Below the pieces are notes generated by a model. The model had not been told where the DNA came from. It did not search any database and saw only the letters and a program-made list of their open reading frames with translations. Source: Antedon mediterranea (Eukaryota > Animalia > Echinodermata). From it: a stretch of 64,000 bases of DNA. The stretch spans positions 21,253,175 to 21,317,174 of the forward strand of contig NC_092677.1 in assembly GCF_964355755.1 (NCBI RefSeq), written 5' to 3'. Positions 56,801-64,000 of the stretch are shown here, in pieces. Made by a program: the position numbers and the translations under genes. The first letter of the stretch is position 1. The number at the start of each line of letters is the position of its first letter.

Positions 56801-59800
56801 CTTGAAATCGCATTTGGAGACGTTTTAGACCATTTTGTGCATTTCGATGAAACTTGGTTACACAAAAACATCAAAGTGCTTAAAATCACATTTTGAGCAT
56901 TTCGTTAAAACTTTTCACACAAAAACATCAAAGAGTAATAAATAGCTTAATATCGTATTTAAAAACGTTTTAGACCATTTTGAGCATTTCGACAAAATTT
57001 TTTCAAACAAAACATCAAAGTGTACAGAATAGCTTTAAATCGCATTTGGAGACGTTTTAGACCATTTTGTTCATTTCGATGAAACAAAAACACAAAAACA
57101 TCAAATTGCACAAAATGGCTTAATATGATATGGGAAAACGTTTTAGACCATTTTGAACATTTCGTTAAAAGTTTTCACACAAAAACATCAAAGTCCACAA
57201 AATAGCTTAATATCGTATTTAAAAACGTTTTAGACCATTTTGAGCATTTCGAAAAAACTTTTTCACACAAAACATCAAAGTTTACAAAATAGCTTCAAAT
57301 CGCATTTGGAGACGTTTTAGACCATTTTGTGATTTTCGAAAAAACTTGTTAACATAAAAACACCAAAGTGCTCAGAATACCTTCAAATCGCATTTTGAGA
57401 CGTTTTAGACCATTTTGTGATTTTCGAAAAAACTTGTTAACATAAAAACACCAAAGTGCTCAGAATACCTTCAAATCGCATTTGGAGACGTTTTAGACCA
57501 TTTTGTGATTTTCGTAAAAACTTGTTAACATAAAAACACAAAAGTGCTTAGAAAAGTTTCAAATCGCATTTGGAGACGTTTTAGACCATTTTGTTCATTT
57601 CGATGAAACTTGGTTACTCAAAAACATCAAATTGCACAAAATGGCTTAATATGGTATGGGAAAACGTTTTAGACCATTTTGAACATTTCGAGAAAACTTT
57701 TTCACACAAAACTTCAAAGTGTACAGAATAGCTTCAAATCGCATTAGAAACCGTTTTAGACCATTTTGAGCATTTCGAAAAAACTTTTTCACACAAAACA
57801 TCAAAGTTTACAAAATAGCTTTAAATCACATTTGGAGACGTTTTAGACCATTTTGTGATTTTCAAAAAAACTTGTTAACATAAAAACACCAAAGTGCTCA
57901 GAATACCTTCAAATCGCATTTTGAGACGTTTTAGACCATTTTGTGATTTTCGGAAAAACTTGTTAACATAAAAACACCAAAGTGCTCAGAATACCTTCAA
58001 ATCGTATTTTGAGACGTTTTAGACAATTTTGTGATTTTCGAAAAAACTTGTTAACATAAAAACACCAAAGTGCTTAGAAAAGCTTCAAATCGCATTTGGA
58101 GACGTTTTAGACCATTTTGTGCATTTCGATGAAACTTGGTTACACAAAAACATCAAAGTGTACAGAATAGCTTCAAATCGCATTAGAAACCGTTTTAGAC
58201 CATTTTGAGCATTTCGAAAAAACTTTTTCACACAAAACATCAAAGTGTACAAAATAGCTTCAAATCGCATTTGGAGACGTTTTAGACAATTTTGTGATTT
58301 TCGAAAAAACTTGTTTACATAAAAACATCAAAGTGCTCAGAATAGCTTCCAATCGCATTTTGAGACGTTTTAGACCCTTTTGTGCATTTCGATGAAACTT
58401 GGTTACACAAAAACATCAAAGTGCTTAAAATCACAGTAGAAACCGTTTTAGACCATTTTGAGCATTTCGTTAAAATTTTTCACAGAAAAACATCAAAGAG
58501 CAAAAAATAGCTTAATATCGTATTTAAAAACGTTTTAGACCATTTTGAGCATTTCGACAAAACTTTTTCACACAAAACATCAAAGTGTACAGATAAGCTT
58601 CAAATCGCATTTGGAGACGTTTTAAACCATTTTGAGCATTTCGATAAAATTTTACACACAAAAACATCAAAGTGCACAAAATAGCTTAATATGGTATTTA
58701 AAAACGTTTTAGACCATTTTGAGCATTTCAACAAAACTTTTTCTCACAAAACATCAAAGTGTACAGAATAGCTTCAAATCGCATTTGGAGACGTTTTAGA
58801 CCATTTTGTGCATTTCGATGAAACTTGGTTACACAAAAACATCAAAGTGCTTAAATTCACATTTTGAGCATTTCGTTAAAACTTTTCACACAAAAACATC
58901 AAAGTCCACAAAATAGCTTAATATCGTATTTAAAAACGTTTTAGACCATTTTGAGAATTTCGAAAAAACTTTTTCACACAAAACATCAAAGTTTACAAAA
59001 TAGCTTCAAATCGCATTTGGAGACGTTTTAGACCATTTTGTGATTTTCGAAAAAACTTGTTAACATAAAAGCACCAAAGTGCTCAGAATACCTTCAAATC
59101 GCATTTGGAGACGTTTTAGACCATTTTGTGATTTTCGAAAAAACTTGTTAACATAAAAACACCAAAGTGCTTAGAAAAGTTTCAAATCGCATTTGGAGAC
59201 GTTTTAGACCATTTTTATCATTTCGATGAAACTTGGTTACACAAAAACATCAAAGTGCTTAAAATCACATTTTGAGCATTTCGTTAAAACTTTTCACACA
59301 AAAACATCAAAGTCCACAAAATAGCTTAATATCGTATTTAAAAACGTTTTAGACCATTTTGAGCATTTCGAAAAAACTTTTCCACACAAAACATCAAAGT
59401 TTACAAAATAGCTTCAAATCGCATTTGGAGACGTTTTAGACCATTTTGTGATTTTCGAAAAAACTTGTTAACATAAAAACACCAAAGTGCTCAGAATACC
59501 TTCAAATCGTGTTTTGAGACGTTTTAGACCATTTTGTAATTTTCGAAAAAACTTGTTAACATAAAAACACCAAAGTGCTCAGAATACCTTCACATCGCAT
59601 TTTGAGACGTTTTAGACCATTTTGTGATTTTCGAAAAAACTTGTTAACATAAAAACACCAAAGTGCTTAGAAAAGCTTGAAATCGCATTTGGAGACGTTT
59701 TAGACCATTTTGTGCATTTCGATGAAACTTGGTTACACAAAAACATCAAAGTGCTTAAAATCACATTAGAAACCGTTTTAGACCATTTTGAGCATTTCGT

Positions 59801-62800
59801 TAAAACTTTTCACACAAAAACATCAAAGTCCACAAAATAGCTTAATATCGTATTTAAAAACGTTTTAGACCATTTTGAGCATTTCGAAAAAACTTTTCCA
59901 CACAAAACATCAAAGTTTACAAAATAGCTTCAAATCGCATTTGGAGACGTTTTAGACCATTTTGTGATTTTCGAAAAAACTTGTTAACATAAAAACACCA
60001 AAGTGCTTAGAAAAGCTTCATATCGCATTTGGAGACGTTTTAGACCATTTTGTGCATTTCGATGAAACTTGGTTACACAAAAACATCAAAGTTCTTAAAA
60101 TCACATTTTGAGCATTTCGTTAAAACTTTTCACACAAAAACATCAAAGAGCAAAAAATAGCTTAATATCGTATTTAAAAACGTTTTAGACCATTTTGAGC
60201 ATTTCGACAAAACTTTTTCACACAAAACATCAAAGTGTACAAAATAGCTTCAAATCGCATTTGGAGACGTTTTAGACAATTTTGTGATTTTCGAAAAAAC
60301 TTGTTAACATAAAAACACAAAAGAGCTTCAAATCGCATTTGGAGACGTTTTAGACCCTTTTGTGCATTTCGATGAAACTTGGTTACACAAAAACATCAAA
60401 GTGCTTAAAATCACATTAGAAACCGTTTTAGACCATTTTGAGCATTTCGTTAAAACTTTTCACACAAAAACATCAAAGTCCACAAAATAGCTTAATATCG
60501 TATTTAAAAACGTTTTAGACCATTTTGAGCATTTCGAAAAAACTTTTCCACACAAAACATCAAAGTTTACAAAATAGCTTCAAATCGCATTTGGAGACGT
60601 TTTAGACCATTTTGTGATTTTCGAAAAAACTTGTTAACATAAAAACACCAAAGTGCTCAGAATACCTTCAAATCGCATTTGGAGACGTTTTAGACCCTTT
60701 TGTGCATTTCGATGAACCTTGGTTACACAAAAACATCAAAGTGCTTAAAATCACATTAGAAACCGTTTTAGACCATTTTGAGCATTTCGTTAAAATTTTT
60801 CACAGAAAAACATCAAAGAGCAAAAAATATCTTAATCTCGTATTTAAAAACGTTTTAGACCATTTTTAGCATTTCGACAAAACTTTTTCACACAAAACAT
60901 CAAAGTGTACAAAATAGCTTCAAATCGCATTTGGAGACGTTTTAACCCATTTTGAGCATTTCGATAAAATTTTACACACAAAAACATCAAAGTGCACAAA
61001 ATAGCTTAATATGGTATTTAAAAACGTTTTAGACCATTTTGAGCATTTCAACAAAACTTTTTCTCACAAAACATCAAAGTGTACAGAATAGCTTCAAATC
61101 GCATTTGGAGACGTTTTAGACCATTTTGTGCATTTCGATGAAACTTGGTTACACAAAAACATCAAAGTGCTTAAAATCACATTTTGAGCATTTCGTTAAA
61201 ACTTTTCACACAAAAACATCAAAGTCCACAAAATAGCTTAATATCGTATTTAAAAACGTTTTAGACCATTTTGAGCATTTCGAAAAAACTTTTCCACACG
61301 AAACATCAAAGTTTACAAAATAGCTTCAAATCGCATTTGGAGACGTTTTAGACCATTTTGTGATTTTCGAAAAAACTTGATAACATAAAAACACCAAAGT
61401 GCTCAGAATACCTTCAAATCGTGTTTTGAGACGTTTTAGACCATTTTGTAATTTTCGAAAAAACTTGTAAACATAAAAACACCAAAGTGCTCAGAATACC
61501 TTCACATCGAATTTTGAGACGTTTTAGACCATTTTGTGATTTTCGAAAAAACTTGTTAACATAAAAACACCAAAGTGCTTAGAAAAGCTTGAAATCGCAT
61601 TTGGAGACGTTTTAGACCATTTTGTGCATTTCGATGAAACTTGGTTACACAAAAACATCAAAGTGCTTAAAATCACATTTTGAGCATTTCGTTAAAACTT
61701 TTCACACAAAAACATCAAAGTCCACAAAATAGCTTAATATCTTATTTAAAAACGTTTTAGACCATTTTGAGCATTTCGAAAAAACTTTTCCACACAAAAC
61801 ATCAAAGTTTACAAAATAGCTTCAAATCGCATTTGGAGACGTTTTAGACCATTTTGTGATTTTCGAAAAAACTTGTTAACATAAAAACACCAAAGTGCTC
61901 AGAATACCTTCAAATCGCATTTGGAGACGTTTTAGACCATTTTGTGATTTTCGAAAAAACTTGTTAACATAAAAACACCAAAGTGCTTAGAAAAGCTTCA
62001 AATCACATTTGGAGATGTTTTAGACCATTTTGTGCATTTCGATGAAACTTGGTTACACAAAAACATCAAAGTGCTTAAAATCACATTTTGAGCATTTCGT
62101 TAAAACTTTTCACACAAAAACATCAAAGTCCACAAAATAGCTTAATATCGTATTTAAAAACGTTTTAGACCATTTTGAGCATTTCGAAAAAACTTTTCCA
62201 CACAAAACATCAAAGTTTACAAAATAGCTTCAAATCGCATTTGGAGACGTTTTAGACCATTTTGTGATTTTCGAAAAAACTTGTTAACATAAAAACACCA
62301 AAGTGCTCAGAATACCTTCAAATCGTGTTTTGAGACGTTTTAGACCATTTTGTAATTTTCGAAAAAACTTGTTAACATAAAAACACCAAAGTGCTCAGAA
62401 TACCTTCACATCGCATTTTGAGACGTTTTAGACCATTTTGTGATTTTCGAAAAAACTTGTTAACATAAAAACACCAAAGTGCTTAGAAAAGCTTGAAATC
62501 GCATTTGGAGACGTTTTAGACCATTTTGTGCATTTCGATGAAACTTGGTTACACAAAAACATCAAAGTGCTTAAAATCACATTTTGAGCATTTCGTTAAA
62601 ACTTTTCACACAAAAACATCAAAGAGTAATAAATAGCTTAATATCGTATTTAAAAACGTTTTAGACCATTTTGAGCATTTCGACAAAATTTTTTCAAACA
62701 AAACATCAAAGTGTACAGAATAGCTTTAAATCGCATTTGGAGACGTTTTAGACCATTTTGTTCATTTCGATGAAACAAAAACACAAAAACATCAAATTGC

Positions 62801-64000
62801 ACAAAATGGCTTAATATGATATGGGAAAACGTTTTAGACCATTTTGAACATTTCGTTAAAAGTTTTCACACAAAAACATCAAAGTCCACAAAATAGCTTA
62901 ATATCGTATTTAAAAACGTTTTAGACCATTTTGAGCATTTCGAAAAAACTTTTTCACACAAAACATCAAAGTTTACAAAATAGCTTCAAATCGCATTTGG
63001 AGACGTTTTAGACCATTTTGTGATTTTCGAAAAAACTTGTTAACATAAAAACACCAAAGTGCTCAGAATACCTTCAAATCGCATTTTGAGACGTTTTAGA
63101 CCATTTTGTGATTTTCGAAAAAACTTGTTAACATAAAAACACCAAAGTGCTCAGAATACCTTCAAATCGCATTTGGAGACGTTTTAGACCATTTTGTGAT
63201 TTTCGTAAAAACTTGTTAACATAAAAACACCAAAGTGCTTAGAAAAGTTTCAAATCGCATTTGGAGACGTTTTAGACCATTTTGTTCATTTCGATGAAAC
63301 TTGGTTACACAAAAACATCAAATTGCACAAAATGGCTTAATATGGTATGGGAAAACGTTTTAGACCATTTTGAACATTTCGAGAAAACTTTTTCACACAA
63401 AACTTCAAAGTGTACAGAATAGCTTCAAATCGCATTAGAAACCGTTTTAGACCATTTTGAGCATTTCGAAAAAACTTTTTCACACAAAACATCAAAGTTT
63501 ACAAAATAGCTTCAAATCACATTTGGAGACGTTTTAGACCATTTTGTGATTTTCAAAAAAACTTGTTAACATAAAAACACCAAAGTGCTCAGAATACCTT
63601 CAAATCGCATTTTGAGACGTTTTAGACCATTTTGTGATTTTCGGAAAAACTTGTTAACATAAAAACACAAAAGAGCTTCAAATCGCATTTGGAGACGTTT
63701 TAGACCCTTTTGTGCATTTCGATGAAACTTGGTTACACAAAAACATCAAAGTGCTTAAAATCACATTAGAAACCGTTTTAGACCATTTTGAGCATTTCGT
63801 TAAAACTTTTCACACAAAAACATCAAAGTCCACAAAATAGCTTAATATCGTATTTAAAAACGTTTTAGACCATTTTGAGCATTTCGAAAAAACTTTTCCA
63901 CACAAAACATCAAAGTTTACAAAATAGCTTTAAATCGCATTTGGAGACGTTTTAGACCATTTTGTTCATTTCGATGAAACAAAAACACAAAAACATCAAA
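39700..64000 (+). repeat. Large near-identical duplication: ~39700..47260 copied at ~56530..64000 (second copy runs off the window)
   Basis: Offset 16828 (ORFs 41257/58085), switching to 16740 after loss of one 88-bp monomer. Lines 43261..47260 and 60001..64000 read identically, including the private gatgaaCcttgg and ttgtAaacat. Confidence 0.92.
54000..59171 (+). repeat. Tandem duplication of a 2555-bp unit
   Basis: Private aaaaGcacc at 56516/59071, ttacTcaaaa at ~55060/57615, and identical spurious ORFs at 55530/58085, all offset 2555. Confidence 0.92.

Larger units (their letters stand above)
1..64000. repeat. AT-rich tandem satellite array, 87-88 bp monomer, with higher-order repeat structure (probable eukaryotic centromeric/pericentromeric satellite); runs off both window ends
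   Basis: The core GTTTTAGACCATTTTG recurs every ~88 bp throughout (e.g. CATAAAAA at 3061 and 3149). All monomers are in the same orientation and I saw no unique sequence. The centromeric location is inference only. Confidence 0.98.

Noticed and set aside
41257-58270. Three identical 61-aa ORFs (41257, 55530, 58085) suggesting a conserved gene family
   Set aside because: The identity is explained by the recent block duplications (offsets 14273, 16828 and 2555), not by coding constraint.
1-64000. CRISPR-like array (conserved GTTTTAGACCATTTTG core, reminiscent of the GTTTTAGA start of type II repeats)
   Set aside because: The intervening sequences are homologous repeat variants rather than unique spacers, and there is no leader or cas gene.
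1-64000. Embedded transposon, inversion, telomeric repeat, rDNA or tRNA
   Set aside because: I saw no non-satellite segment or strand switch; every stretch parses into monomer variants in one orientation.
1-64000. Assignment to a named satellite family or organism
   Set aside because: I do not recognise the consensus. A BLASTN/Dfam/Repbase search of the 88-bp consensus is needed, so novelty cannot be claimed or excluded.

Overview
The whole 64 kb is one uninterrupted, head-to-tail, single-orientation AT-rich tandem satellite array (about 30% GC from hand-counted monomers). The basic monomer is 87-88 bp, e.g. CCAAAGTGCTCAGAATACCTTCAAATCGCATTTGGAGACGTTTTAGACCATTTTGTGATTTTCGAAAAAACTTGTTAACATAAAAACA. 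That gives roughly 750 monomers, estimated from length. About 15 monomer subtypes are recognisable, including fixed 57-78 bp deletion derivatives. They are not randomly ordered: they follow a variable-length higher-order cycle D-E-(A)n-B-C of about 0.3-0.9 kb with a few stereotyped side branches. Nested recent duplications of 0.4, 1.0, 1.7 and 2.6 kb (tandem) and 2-7.5 kb (dispersed) are layered on top. The monomer has phased ~10-bp T-tract subrepeats, several CpG-centred palindromes and an imperfect 20-bp inverted repeat spanning the monomer junction. I found no genes, RNA genes, CRISPR arrays or transposon insertions; the six ORFs are chance read-throughs of the repeat. The architecture resembles eukaryotic (peri)centromeric satellite, but neither the organism nor centromere function can be established from sequence alone. 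All alignments and offsets were done by eye using rare marker variants.
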